Source of the DNA: Vulcanimicrobiota bacterium
Lineage (GTDB): Bacteria; Vulcanimicrobiota; Vulcanimicrobiia; Vulcanimicrobiales; Vulcanimicrobiaceae
Assembly: GCA_963714015.1 (NCBI GenBank)
Contig: OY970223.1
Span: 448,001-512,000, forward strand
Reading direction: 5' to 3'
Length of the DNA: 64,000 nt
Shown here: piece by piece, positions 12,715 to 23,702 of the stretch
Position numbering within the stretch: position 1 is the first letter of the stretch
How the letters are laid out: every line of letters begins with the position of its first letter
Program-made: the position numbers and the translations under genes
The notes under the pieces: generated by a model
Databases searched by the model: none
Seen by the model: only the letters and a program-made list of their open reading frames with translations
Told to the model about the DNA's origin: nothing

Positions 12715-15182
12715 GATGTGAAAAACGAACGCGGAAAGAACGCAGCTCGAACGGCTCGAGCGTAAATTGCAAGTACTCGCCTTCGATTTCGCACGGCGCC
12801 TCAACCGGCCGTTCGAGGGCGTCGACGGCTGCAGCTTCGGTCATTCTGGCGCCGCACCGCACGCCCGCCCGTATCGTGCGTCCGTCACACTCTCGCACGC
12901 GCACAATCACGCCGTCGCCATCGTGCGCAGGCTTGCACGCCGCAACGAGGACCGAACGATCCTCGCACGTGAAGAGCCGCACCCGCCGTTCGTGCGCAAA
13001 CGCTTCCCACATACGCTCCAAGTCGCCGTTGCCGGCGTCAACGAGCGGAGCAAACGCGTACGAGAACCGGTGTTCCCCCTTGTCGGCACGCGCATCGGGC
13101 CAGGTCGTACCCCGCAGCAACGAGTGCCCAAGGCGCATGCCGCCTTTGGGCAGCGCGCGCGCGCTCCAGCCGTAGGTGTCCAACGACAAGACCGCGACGC
13201 CGTTGCCCTCGCCGTCGCGTACGGCAGCGAAACGCTGTCCCGGCACCTCAAATTTCGCCTGCTCGGCCGGCGTTCGATTCCGGGCGCTGCGCGAAATGGT
13301 TCCGTGCGGTGACCCGTACGTCACGCTATCCGTGCCGATCGCAAGCCAATTCTCGACACGCAGCAGCTTTCTGCGCTCGGTCCAGTCCACTCGCAAATCG
13401 ATTCGAAGAAACGGTTCATCCCCGGCCAGGCTGACCTGCATCGTTGCCGGAGAGCGCCCGAACGTAAAATCTACAGCCAAAGCGCCGTTCTCCGGCCGCG
13501 CTCCAAGCGGCTTGGCGTTGCGCATGGTCTGCTCGTACCCGCGATCGATGTTCCACGCTTCCCATTGCTTCGGTTTATCGCGGTAGAGCGCGAGCACGTT
13601 AGCCTGACTGCAAAAACTGCTTCGCCCGCGCGCTGCAAGTTCGACGATGGATCCGCTGCGATTCACCACTGCGCGAATGAGGCCGTTATCGAAGACGTAG
13701 TCGCCGTCTTCTTGCTCGTGCGGCGCTACCGTACCGGGCTGCGCGTGATGCTGCGCGCGCGGGAGCATCGCCTGCGCGGCCGCAATGACGGAAGCGACGA
13801 TTTCCTCGGCCTGCGCGTATTCGGCGGCGACGTCATCGTAAACCGGCGTTATGGACGTCCCCGGCAGAACGTCGTGGAATTGATTGCGCAGAACGATCTC
13901 CCATGCCGCGTGCAAACCGTTTCGATATTGCGCGATTGCAGCCGCCGGAGCGTGTACGGCAGTGCACCACGCGAGCAGCTCTTCGGCTAATGCGAGGGAT
14001 CGTTCCAGCAGGGCGTTGTGAAACTTGACGTCGTGATGCGTCGTGTACACGCCGCGATGATACTCGAGGTAAAGTTCGTCGCGATGAACCGGCAGCGCCG
14101 CCCGGCGGGACGAAAGATCCCGGAACCACGTTACCGGATGAATCCACGATCCGATGCCGCGCGCCTGCTCGAGCATCTTTGAAGTGACGCCGCCGCCGCC
14201 GTCGCCATAACCGAGAACGATCGGTTCGCTGCGTTCGCGCGCGCGAATCAAGCGCCACGGATATGGTCCGCCGTCGTAGGACTGAATCAGCGCGGCGACT
14301 ACACCGCTGCCGTCGGGCCCTTCCCAAACGAACTGCGGGTACGGAAACTTCGTCGTGTCGTTCCACTGCAGCTTCGTCGTGGAGAAATAGGGAATCCGCG
14401 CATGCGCCAGCAGCTGAGGCAGCGTGTTCGCAAAGCCGAACGTATCCGGCAGCCACGCAATCTGCGGCGTCAAACCGAACCGGCGCCGGCAATATTCAGC
14501 GCCGTAGAGCATTTGGCGCACCAGCGACTCTCCCGAAGGCACGTTGCAGTCGCTCTCGACCCAAAGCGCGGCGACGCCGGGATCGAACCGTCCGGCTGCG
14601 ATGTGATCGCGCACGCGCGCATACAGCTGTGGGTCTTCCGCTTCGACGAAAGCGTAGAGCTGCGGCTGGCTTTGAATGAAGACGAATGACGGATCGCGAT
14701 CGAGCAGATCGCACGCAATCGCGAACGTGCGCTGCGCCTTACGCCGCGTCTGTTCATAAGTCCACAACCAGGCGACGTCCAAGTGGCTATGGCCCAGCAG
14801 CATGAAGCCGTTCTCGCCTTCCGCATGCGGATTGGAACTGCCGTCTATCGCGGCGTGCGTTACGGTGACCGTGCGCGACGGCTCTTGGTGAGCGCGCACG
14901 TTGAGGAACCACCAGATGAGGCCGGGTCCGGACGGAAGGCCGTTCGTCGGAAGCGCCTCGAGTTCGACGTCCAGCGCGAGTTCGCGAGCGCGCTCGCACG
15001 GCTGCACGACGACCTCATGATGCTCCCGGTCAAACGCGCCCGCGGCGACGCCGTCGACGCGCAGCAGCGCACCGGTCCAGGTCTTGTATTGTAGAGCAGC
15101 GGGCGCAGACTGCGGCGCGAGCGTTGCGGTCAGCGTCGCGATTCCATCCCGACGCCCGCTCTCGGTCAGACGCAGGCTGCAT
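12707..15182 (-). CDS. Alpha-mannosidase, glycoside hydrolase family 38 (1-base frameshift near 15175)
   Basis: HSHLDVAWLW, WLPDTFG, LYLEYHRG, NQFHDVLPG. The frame is open back to the uvrB stop; removing one base restores an ATG at 15182 (TGATG overlap). Confidence 0.88.
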
Positions 15183-17227
15183 CAGTTGCCGACGAGTTCC
15201 TTCAGCGCGTGCTCGAAGATCTTCGGAGCTTTCCCCTGGAAGAGCAGCGACTCGTTGCCGCCGATTTGTTTTCGAAGCTCGATGAGTTCGTCGCGCAGCG
15301 CGGCGGCCTTTTCGAACTCGAGACTGGCGGCGTACTCCCGCATCTTGCGATCGAGTTCTGCCGCCATCTTCATGGCGACGTCGCGCGGGAGCTTTTCACG
15401 CCGGATATCGCTGCGCGTTTCTTCGTTTGCGCCGACCATCGCGAGAATGTCCCGAACTTCCTTTCGCACGGATCGCGGCTCGATGCCGTGCTCCGTATTG
15501 TAAGCCACCTGGCGTTCACGCCGGCGCCGCGTCTCGCCGATGGCTCGTGCCATCGACTCCGTGACGACGTCGGCATACATGATGACTTTGCCCTCGACGT
15601 TGCGGGCCGCGCGTCCGATAGTCTGAATGAGCGACGTGCCGCTGCGCAGGTACCCTTCCTTGTCGGCGTCGAGAATGCCGACGAGCGATACTTCGGGCAG
15701 ATCGAGTCCTTCACGCAGTAAATTGATGCCCACGAGTACGTCGAATACCCCTAAACGCAAGTCGCGCAGAATCGCCACCCGTTCGAGCGTGTCGACCTCG
15801 CTGTGAAGATAGCGGACGCGGAAGTTCATTTCGATCAGAAAATCGGTGAGATCTTCGGCCATCTTTTTCGTGAGCGTCGTCACCAGTACGCGCTCCTTGC
15901 GCTCGACGCGCAAGCGGATCTCTTCCATCAGGTCGTCCACCTGATTGCGTGTGGGACGTACGTCGACTTCGGGATCCACCAGGCCCGTGGGCCGAATGAT
16001 CATTTCAACGACTTGAGTGCTGTGCGAGGTCTCGTACGTTCCGGGGGTTGCAGAAAGGTAGACGAACTGTTTGACGTGCTCCTCGAACTCTTCGTACGTG
16101 AGCGGACGATTGTCGAGCGCGCTGGGAAGACGGAAGCCGTGCTCCACAAGGGAGAGTTTGCGCGACCGGTCGCCGCCGTACATCGCGTGCACCTGCGGCA
16201 GCGTGGCGTGCGATTCGTCGATGAAGACGAGCCAATCTTCCGGAAAGAAGTCCAGCAGGCACCATGGCGTAGATCCGGGCTCGCGTCCCGTCAGGTGGCG
16301 CGAGTAGTTCTCGATCCCGTTGCAGTATCCGACCTCGCGCAGCATGTCCAGGTCGTATCGCGTGCGCATCTCCAGACGCTGCGCCTCCAGCAACTTGCCG
16401 TTTTCCTTGAAGTAGCGCAAGCGTTCCTCGAGCTCTTGCTCGATCGACTGCACCGCGCGCCGCAGCTTCTCGTCCGGCGTGATGAAGTGCTTGGCGGGAA
16501 AGATCATCAGATCGTCTTTGCTCTCGACGTATTCGCCGGTCATCAGATTGACGACGTTGATCGCGTCGACCGTGTCTCCGAAAAATTCGATGCGGTGAAC
16601 GAGCTCCTCGTCGACGCCCACGAATTCGAGCGTGTCGCCGCGAACGCGGAAAGTGCCGCGGACCAGGTTCAAATCGTTGCGGCGGTACTGCATGTCGACG
16701 AGCTTTCGGAGCAGCGCATCGCGCTCGATCTCGTCGCCGACCGAAATGCGCACCGACATCTCCACATAGTCCGAAGGCGATCCCAAACCGTAGATGCACG
16801 ACACCGACGCGACGATCAGCGTGTCGCGCCGCGTTATCAGCGACTGCGTCGCCGAGTGGCGAAGACGTTCGATCTCGTCATTGATGGAGCTGTCCTTCTC
16901 GATGTAGGTATCGGTGTGCGCGATGTACGCTTCGGGCTGATAATAGTCGAAGTAGGAGACGAAATACTCCACCGCGTTCTCGGGGAAGAACTCGCGGAAT
17001 TCGGCACAGAGCTGCGCTGCGAGCGTCTTATTGTGACACAGAACCAGGGTCGGCTTCTGAACCAGCTCGACCACACGAGCCATTGCCATCGTCTTGCCGC
17101 TGCCGGTGACGCCTAGGAGCGTCTGTGCTCGATCGCCGTTTTTGACGCCCTGTGCCAACGCGGCCGTGGCCTTGGGCTGGTCGCCGGCGAGTTGGAAGGG
17201 GCTGACGAGTTTGAACTTCTGGGCCAT
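15182..17227 (-). CDS. uvrB: Excinuclease ABC subunit B
   Basis: [22 protein letters not shown] beta-hairpin, [13 protein letters not shown]-terminal UVR domain. Confidence 0.98.
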   Translation of the reverse strand: MAQKFKLVSPFQLAGDQPKATAALAQGVKNGDRAQTLLGVTGSGKTMAMARVVELVQKPTLVLCHNKTLAAQLCAEFREFFPENAVEYFVSYFDYYQPEAYIAHTDTYIEKDSSINDEIERLRHSATQSLITRRDTLIVASVSCIYGLGSPSDYVEMSVRISVGDEIERDALLRKLVDMQYRRNDLNLVRGTFRVRGDTLEFVGVDEELVHRIEFFGDTVDAINVVNLMTGEYVESKDDLMIFPAKHFITPDEKLRRAVQSIEQELEERLRYFKENGKLLEAQRLEMRTRYDLDMLREVGYCNGIENYSRHLTGREPGSTPWCLLDFFPEDWLVFIDESHATLPQVHAMYGGDRSRKLSLVEHGFRLPSALDNRPLTYEEFEEHVKQFVYLSATPGTYETSHSTQVVEMIIRPTGLVDPEVDVRPTRNQVDDLMEEIRLRVERKERVLVTTLTKKMAEDLTDFLIEMNFRVRYLHSEVDTLERVAILRDLRLGVFDVLVGINLLREGLDLPEVSLVGILDADKEGYLRSGTSLIQTIGRAARNVEGKVIMYADVVTESMARAIGETRRRRERQVAYNTEHGIEPRSVRKEVRDILAMVGANEETRSDIRREKLPRDVAMKMAAELDRKMREYAASLEFEKAAALRDELIELRKQIGGNESLLFQGKAPKIFEHALKELVGN

Positions 17228-17339
17228 CGCTACTCTGACATATCTTCCCGGAGTGGAGTTTCGCGGCTTGAGGGTAGGGTTGAGTCGCCGGGCGCGGGAA
17301 CTTCAAGCACCGCCCTGCCCGCATCCTGGAGACCGCCTT

Positions 17340-18362
17340 TTGAGCCACAACCCGTTGATCTTTAGCGGCAACTCGAACGTACAGTTGGCCGAGGAGATTG
17401 CCAAACGCCTGCGCCTGCACGTAGGAAAAGCGCTCGTTTCGAAATTCAAGAACGAAGAGACGCGGGTTCAGATCCAGGAGAACGTCCGCGGTTCCGAGGT
17501 TTTCGTGGTCCAATCCCTTTGCAAGGCGCTCAACGGGAACTCCGTCAACGATTCGCTGATGGAGATTCTGCTGATGATCGACGCGCTCAAGCGCGCGTCC
17601 GCGGCTCGAATCACCGCCGTCATTCCGTATTACGGCTACGCCAAACAGGACAAGAAGACGACCGGGCGCGAGCCGATCTCCGCAAAGGTCGTCGCCAACA
17701 TGCTGAAGATTTCCGGAGCCAAGCGAATGGTCACCATGGATCTTCACGCGGCGCAGATTCAGGGCTTCTTCGACGGTCCGGTCGACAATTTGATGGCGAT
17801 GCCGACGCTCTGCAACTACCTCAAGAAGGAAGGTCTGCACGAGAACCGCATCGTGGTCGTCTCTCCGGACGCAGGGGGCGTGCATCGAGCCGAACTCTTC
17901 GCCAAGCGGCTGGGGAGCTCGCTCGCGATCGTCTTCAAGCGCCGTCCCGAGCCAGACGTTTCCGAGGTCACCGACATCGTCGGCGACGTTCGGGGCAAGA
18001 TCGCGGTCGTCGTGGACGACATGATCTCCACCGGCGGGACCCTTGCGAAAGCAGCCGAAGCCATTCTCGCGCGTGGCGCGACGGAAGTGCACACTGTCGC
18101 CTCGCACGGCATCTTCGCGGGCGATGCGATCGGGGTGCTCGAAGAGTCTCCGATCCAGAAGGTAATCGTCACGAACACGATTCCGCTCCCGGCACTGAGC
18201 GCGCACCCCAAGTTCGCGCAGCTCTCCATCGCTCAGACCTTCGCCGATGCGATCAATCGCATTACGACCAACCGCTCCGTCTCCGAGCTCTTTACGGACG
18301 ACGGTGAAAAAAAAATGAATGAGACACCGCAACTGATTCCCGAACCAGTCGTGGTCTCGTAA
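17340..18362 (+). CDS. prs: Ribose-phosphate pyrophosphokinase
   Basis: IPYYGYAKQDKK, MDLHAAQIQGFF, VSPDAGG, VVDDMISTGGT; TTG start at 17340. Confidence 0.96.
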   Translation: MSHNPLIFSGNSNVQLAEEIAKRLRLHVGKALVSKFKNEETRVQIQENVRGSEVFVVQSLCKALNGNSVNDSLMEILLMIDALKRASAARITAVIPYYGYAKQDKKTTGREPISAKVVANMLKISGAKRMVTMDLHAAQIQGFFDGPVDNLMAMPTLCNYLKKEGLHENRIVVVSPDAGGVHRAELFAKRLGSSLAIVFKRRPEPDVSEVTDIVGDVRGKIAVVVDDMISTGGTLAKAAEAILARGATEVHTVASHGIFAGDAIGVLEESPIQKVIVTNTIPLPALSAHPKFAQLSIAQTFADAINRITTNRSVSELFTDDGEKKMNETPQLIPEPVVVS

Positions 18363-18382
18363 CGCTTCAAAAGGATAGCAAT

Positions 18383-19037
18383 GTGGCACAACAACTTTCA
18401 CTGTCCATCGAACGGCGCCCAGGCCGAGGCACGGCCAAGTCGCACGCGCTTCGCCGCACCGGAAAAGTTCCGGGCGTGGTCTACGGACACGGCTCGAGCG
18501 AGACGATCGCGGTCGAGCGGCGCGCGCTGGATGAGCTTCTGCATCACGGCGGACGGACCGGTCTGGTCGAGCTCCGCTTGGACGGAAAGAAGTTCGACAC
18601 CGCGCTCGTTCGTGAGATTCAGATCGATCCGGTTTCGCGCAAGGCGATCCACGTCGACCTTCAGCGCGTCGGAGCCAACGAAACCGTGCACGCCAAACTG
18701 CCCATCACCACAGCCGGCACTCCCGACGGCGTCCGCAACTTTGCCGGCGTCATGGACGTGATCGTGCACGAGCTCGACGTGGAAGGTCCGGCAAACAAGC
18801 TTCCGGACCATCTCGAGGTCGACGTCACCGAGCTGGGGATTCACGAACACGTTACGGCGGGCGAGGTCAAGCTGCCCGACGGATTCAAACTGCTCACGGC
18901 GCCCGACACGATCGTCGTCACGGTGGAATCCTCTAAGACGGCGCGCGCGCTCGAAGAGGCCGACCTGGGTGCTTCGATCGAGCAGACGCAGCCCGAACTC
19001 GTCGGCAAACCGGAGAGTGAAGGAGCTGCAGGAATAA
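18383..19037 (+). CDS. rplY: 50S ribosomal protein L25/Ctc (as written, in frame with pth)
   Basis: LRRTGKVPGVVYG, IHVDLQRV, LPDHLEVDVTEL, acidic tail; follows prs. Confidence 0.9.
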
Positions 19038-19615
19038 GGCTTCTCACCCCGCCAGAAACCCGCATCGTCGCGGGATTGGGCAACCCCGGCAAAGAGTACG
19101 AACGCACGCGCCACAACGTCGGCTTTCTGGCAGTCGACGAGGTGGCGCAACGTTTGTCCGTCGGTTCGTGGAAAGCGAAGGACGGCGCGCGCCAAGCCTA
19201 CGACTCGCAGCGCAAACTGGTACTCGTCGAGCCCCAGACCTACATGAACAACAGCGGCGTACCGCTTCGGCTCATCGCTTCGTGGTATCGCACGCCGCCG
19301 GAGTCGGTGCTGGTGGTGTACGACGACATGGATCTACCATTCGGCAAAGTGCGTATGCGGCCGTTCGGCGGACACGGCGGCCATAATGGTATGCGTTCCA
19401 TTATTGCAACGATGACGGACCGGTTTCCGCGCATTCGAATCGGTTTGGGCCGTCCGCAGAACGATGGGATCGATCACGTGCTCGGAACCTTTTCCGCCGA
19501 AGAGCGCCTGTTGCTGCCGAAGATCCTCGACATTGCGGCGCAGGGCGTGCTGACCTGGCTCGATGATGGAACCGACGCGGCAATGCGTCTCATCAATACG
19601 TCAGAGATCGCGTAA
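19034..19615 (+). CDS. pth: Peptidyl-tRNA hydrolase (start uncertain: fused to L25, or ATA start)
   Basis: GLGNPGKEYERTRHNVGF, PQTYMNNSG, YDDMDL, GGHNG, RIRIG. Confidence 0.9.
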   Translation: MRLLTPPETRIVAGLGNPGKEYERTRHNVGFLAVDEVAQRLSVGSWKAKDGARQAYDSQRKLVLVEPQTYMNNSGVPLRLIASWYRTPPESVLVVYDDMDLPFGKVRMRPFGGHGGHNGMRSIIATMTDRFPRIRIGLGRPQNDGIDHVLGTFSAEERLLLPKILDIAAQGVLTWLDDGTDAAMRLINTSEIA

Positions 19616-20446
19616 AGCAAAGCTGCGCATCGCGACGGCGTAGACCGCGACGATCCAGCCAATCGTCCACAGTACGGTTGCAAGCGGCGGCGGCGAGGTT
19701 ACGAAGAAGGGCCCGGGCCACCCATGGCCGGCGGCGGTGGCCAGTACGGCCGCCGGTTCCAGACGAAACACGGCTTCGCGCCACATCGCGTCGGTCGGCA
19801 GCACCAGCTGCGAGACGATGCCCGCGTTCTTCATCGCCTCATTTCCGAAAAAAGCCCCCAAACTGCCCGCTATTCCTGCAATCCACGCCAGACCGAACAG
19901 CACGATCGCGATGACACTGGACGCGATAGCCGATAGCCGCGTCGATAGCGCGAACGCAAGAACGAGCATCGCCAGCGACAGCAGACACAGATACGCAACG
20001 GCGGCGTATGGATGCGGGGGAAGGTACCCGGTTACGGCGCGGACGATCGCGAACTCCGCCGCCCCCGAAAATGCAGCATATGCGCAGATGATAAAGCCGA
20101 GCGCGAGAATCTTTCCGCTCATCAACGCCGCTCGCGAGATCGGGCGTGTCAGAACCGGGAGCAGAACGCCGCTCTCCACGTCGTTCGCCACGCTGGGCGC
20201 CGCGATAAAGACGCCGACTACGGCCAGCACGAAACTGAACATATAAGCAATGAGAATCAGCATAATTGCGGAGATTGCCAATACCTGAACGCGCCCGATG
20301 GGAGCGCCGCTGCGGTCGTGGGCCCAGACCAAATGCGAAAAGCCCCATGCGGTGAGCCCGGCGACAACCAAAGTCAAAACGATCGCTGCCGTGATGAAGC
20401 GCCGCCGCAATAGTTCCCGCAGGGTGAGTAAACCTACGTCGATCAT
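19601..20446 (-). CDS. ABC-2 type transporter permease
   Basis: DVESGVLLPVLTRPISR...GK motif, about 6 TM helices. Confidence 0.88.
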   Translation of the reverse strand: MIDVGLLTLRELLRRRFITAAIVLTLVVAGLTAWGFSHLVWAHDRSGAPIGRVQVLAISAIMLILIAYMFSFVLAVVGVFIAAPSVANDVESGVLLPVLTRPISRAALMSGKILALGFIICAYAAFSGAAEFAIVRAVTGYLPPHPYAAVAYLCLLSLAMLVLAFALSTRLSAIASSVIAIVLFGLAWIAGIAGSLGAFFGNEAMKNAGIVSQLVLPTDAMWREAVFRLEPAAVLATAAGHGWPGPFFVTSPPPLATVLWTIGWIVAVYAVAMRSFALRDL

Positions 20447-21366
20447 GCTTGCGCGCCTCCCGCTATCTGCAGGAAACGCTCCTCCAGACTGGCTGCCAGC
20501 GGCTCGACGGCAAAAACGCGCGCATCTACGGCGACGAGCGCCTGCACCAGATCGGGAACGCGATCGCGCGCGAGGCCTGTGACGACGAATGCATCCGTGT
20601 GGCGCGAGACTGCGCCGAATCGTTGGAGCACCGGCTCCAGCGGCGTCCCGTTCGCAGCGGCGCGCACGCGAACGGCACTCTGAACGCCGACGATCTCCGC
20701 AATGGTGCCTTCCGCGACGACGCTGCCTTGCGAAACGATTGCTATCCGATCGCACACCTGCTCCACCTCCGTCAGCAGATGCGAGTTCAAGAAGACCGAC
20801 GTTCCGTTTGCTTTGAGAGAACGAAGAATCTCGCGGACGTCATGGCGGCCAATCGGATCCAGTGCCGAAGTCGGTTCGTCCAGCATGACCAGCGCCGGAT
20901 CGCCCAGCAGCGCCACGCCGAGCCCCAATCGCTGCTGCATTCCCTTCGAATATGTCCCGACGCGATCGCCGGAGCGCCCGGATAGTCCAATCAACTCCAG
21001 AACCCGATCGATCGCCGCCTGATGATGGCGGCCGCCGGCCCTTCCAGGCAATGCTAACCTCGCATGAAAACGCAAAACTTCGCGAGCCGTCAGCCAATCC
21101 GGATATCGGAAAAGCTCCGGCAGGTAGCCGAGTCTTTTTCGCGCGGCGCGGTCGCCCAAGCGCGCGCCGAGCACGGTTCCTTCGCCCGCCGTGGGCCGCA
21201 CCAGGCCTACGAGCATCTTCACGGACGTCGTTTTGCCGGCGCCGTTCGGGCCGAGGAATCCGAATATCTCGCCGGGCTTGACCGTTAGATTTAGACGCGC
21301 GACCGCAGTCACGTTGCCGTACGTCTTGGCTAGACCTCGAACGTCAATGGGATTAGCGTAAGTCAT
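20443..21366 (-). CDS. ABC transporter ATP-binding protein
   Basis: GPNGAGKTT, YSKGMQQR, LDEPT, NSH. Confidence 0.95.
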   Translation of the reverse strand: MTYANPIDVRGLAKTYGNVTAVARLNLTVKPGEIFGFLGPNGAGKTTSVKMLVGLVRPTAGEGTVLGARLGDRAARKRLGYLPELFRYPDWLTAREVLRFHARLALPGRAGGRHHQAAIDRVLELIGLSGRSGDRVGTYSKGMQQRLGLGVALLGDPALVMLDEPTSALDPIGRHDVREILRSLKANGTSVFLNSHLLTEVEQVCDRIAIVSQGSVVAEGTIAEIVGVQSAVRVRAAANGTPLEPVLQRFGAVSRHTDAFVVTGLARDRVPDLVQALVAVDARVFAVEPLAASLEERFLQIAGGAQA

Positions 21367-22414
21367 TAGCGACGGCCAGCACCTGATCCATCGTCAGTGC
21401 GCCGCCGAGCACGCCGTAGACCAACCCGTTCTTCTCCCAAACGACACCGGCGCCCAAGCCCGTGTTGTCGCCAATCGCCAGGCCCCGGACGCCGTCCACG
21501 GCAACCTGCTGTGCGTTCTGTTTTGAAATGTTCACCGGCACGGGCATCTGATTCTGCAGGTCGCCGAGCGCCCGAATCTGCTGCGCCAAATCGGCTGAGA
21601 TTCCGGGCATTGCCAGCATGTAGCGTTCCAACTGCTGAAACGATGCGCCCTTGGACGAGACCGTCGGAATCTGCAGCTGGACCACGGTCAGTCCGGCTTT
21701 CGGTTCATCCGAATCGCCGCCGATCTTCGAAACACCGTAATTCGCGCCGAACATTTCGCCGATGCGCACCGTCACAGTCGTGCCGTTCAGGCCAGGCGGC
21801 ATCGGCGGGAGCCTGCGGCGGGACTTCGCCTCGAAAGACGCAGCTTTCGCAGCGCTGAACGTATATTGATACACCGCGGGCGATCCGACGATGAACGATC
21901 GCCGGCGTCCGATCTCCGAAGGAATCTTCTGCGGAAGACGGGGCGTAAAGATCATTTGCGCTCGCGCAGCCGCAACACTGGAGAAGGGCCTCATGCGCTG
22001 ACGCCGGATCACGCGCATGGTGCCGAGCTCGCCGGCTTGAGGAGAAACGCGCAACTGCCGCAGATCGGCGCTCGTGACGTTGATAGGGACGAATTCCTTT
22101 GGCTGGAAAATCGTTAGAAATGCGCTGGCGTAACCGCCGAGCGGCGTAAAGATGAAGCCGCAAATGAGGATTGCCGCCGCGGCTGCCGCGGCGATCGAAC
22201 GATAAATGGGCCGGTCCTGCCATTTGCTCCGCCTTGCAGTCAGGTGGACCTCCCCTTGCAGCATCCGCCGTGCAAAAGCCGCATTCGACTGCAGTTCGCC
22301 GGTCAGCGCGCTGCAGCGATCGCACGCGCGCGCATGCGCCTGCGCATCCGGCGTAAGCGATTCGGGCTCGTCGATCCAGCGGCGCAGGTCGCCTTCAGTC
22401 AAATGTTCCACCAT
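21353..22414 (-). CDS. Putative zinc-binding anti-sigma factor with TM and extracytoplasmic domain
   Basis: N-terminal H...HARACDRC (HxxxCxxC), one TM helix, directly downstream of ECF sigma. Confidence 0.75.
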   Translation of the reverse strand: MVEHLTEGDLRRWIDEPESLTPDAQAHARACDRCSALTGELQSNAAFARRMLQGEVHLTARRSKWQDRPIYRSIAAAAAAAILICGFIFTPLGGYASAFLTIFQPKEFVPINVTSADLRQLRVSPQAGELGTMRVIRRQRMRPFSSVAAARAQMIFTPRLPQKIPSEIGRRRSFIVGSPAVYQYTFSAAKAASFEAKSRRRLPPMPPGLNGTTVTVRIGEMFGANYGVSKIGGDSDEPKAGLTVVQLQIPTVSSKGASFQQLERYMLAMPGISADLAQQIRALGDLQNQMPVPVNISKQNAQQVAVDGVRGLAIGDNTGLGAGVVWEKNGLVYGVLGGALTMDQVLAVANDLR

Positions 22415-22928
22415 CGATCTCCTTTTTGAGCGCGCGTTCCGCGCGAGCCAGCCGCGTGCCGATCTGCGCGTGATCCACCCCGAGCACATCGCCGATCTCC
22501 CGGTACGAGAATCCGCTGTAGCGCAGTGCGAGGATCTCGGCGTCCCGATTGCTCAATCGCGCCAGGGCCGTCCGCAGCATCGCGCGGTAAACTCGCGATT
22601 CGATCACGTGCTGGGGATCGTTCGAGGCCTCCGCGTAGCCGCGCAGCGATTGCGAAAGCCTGAATTCACGGCGTTCGCGAACGGTCCGGCGCCGGCGGCT
22701 GCGTATCGCGTTGAGCGCCGTATGGACGACCGCCGTGTAAATCCAAGCGCGAGACCACTTGCGCGGAAAGGCCGCGCACTGGGCGAAGACCTCTTGCGCA
22801 ACGTCCTCGGCTTCCGCAGCATCGCGCGTTATCCGGAACGCCACGGATACGGCTCTGCCGTACTCGCGCGCGAAAAAACGCTCGAACGCTTCGTCGGGCC
22901 CGTCCGGAACCGCCGCTACAGCCACCAT
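22395..22928 (-). CDS. ECF RNA polymerase sigma factor
   Basis: AEDVAQEVF (region 2); LSNRDAEILALRYSGFSYREIG...IGTRLARA (region 4). Confidence 0.92.
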   Translation of the reverse strand: MVAVAAVPDGPDEAFERFFAREYGRAVSVAFRITRDAAEAEDVAQEVFAQCAAFPRKWSRAWIYTAVVHTALNAIRSRRRRTVRERREFRLSQSLRGYAEASNDPQHVIESRVYRAMLRTALARLSNRDAEILALRYSGFSYREIGDVLGVDHAQIGTRLARAERALKKEIDGGTFD

Positions 22929-22971
22929 GCTCGTTATAGCACTGCGCCGGACGTTTTTGTAACGAGGAGCG

Positions 22972-22998
22972 TTATCTTTGGGCATATATGGTCGATAA
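22972..22998 (+). promoter_or_regulatory. Possible sigma28-like promoter
   Basis: TTATCTTT-N11-GTCGATAA versus consensus TAAAGTTT-N11-GCCGATAA; the -35 match is weak. Confidence 0.3.
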
Positions 22999-23023
22999 AG
23001 TAAGAACGACGGAGGCCGTTTGA

Positions 23024-23702
23024 ATGCAAGGATTCGCCGGAAAGGCATTCGTGGTACGCGTCGACGAGGCAACCGCCTTCGCCGAGCAGACCACGCTGGT
23101 CGATGACCTGACCTACCTGGCCCGGCGCAACGTCCATCCGATCGTCGTGGCCCCCTCCCGCCGCGCGAGCCGGTCCCTCGTGCGCACGATCAACCGCAGC
23201 GGCAACATGGCCGTGGGACTTTCCGGAGCGGACGCGGCAATGCTTCCCGGAACCGGCAACGGGATCGGTAACGTGCAGATCGGTATTCTTCAAACCCTCA
23301 CCGGAGCCGGATACATTCCGGTGATCGAACCCACGGCGTTCTCCGCGTTCGGCGAACACGACCGAGCCGTGGCGGCGGATGAAGTCGCTCGCGCCGTCGC
23401 CGCTGCTACGGATGCGGTACGCGCGATGTTTTTTCACGCGCTCGGCGGCGTCGTCGACCCGCAGAGCGAAGCCGTGATCAGCGAATTGACGCCGGCCGAA
23501 GCGCTGGCGATCGCGGACGATCCCCGCGTGCCGCGCGATCTGCGTGCGGCGATACGGGCGGCTGCGTTAGGCGTGCGCGCGGGCGTCCAGAGCGCACAGA
23601 TCGTCGACGGCAGAATCAGCTCACGCGACGGTGGTCGAACTTCTGACGGCGCACCATCTGGGCACCAGAGTGACCGGCAGCGTCTTTACCGGTGCCGCGT
23701 AG
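23024..23702 (+). CDS. Degenerate acetylglutamate kinase (ArgB/AAK-fold) homolog; frameshift near 23618
   Basis: AVGLSGADA, GYIPVIEP. Corrected C-terminus DGRIAHATVVELLTAHHLGT, stop at 23702. KxGG and HGGG motifs absent. Confidence 0.8.

Noticed and set aside
17228..17339. tRNA-Gln, often found upstream of prs
   Set aside because: No cloverleaf or TTCGA T-loop; looks like a divergent promoter region
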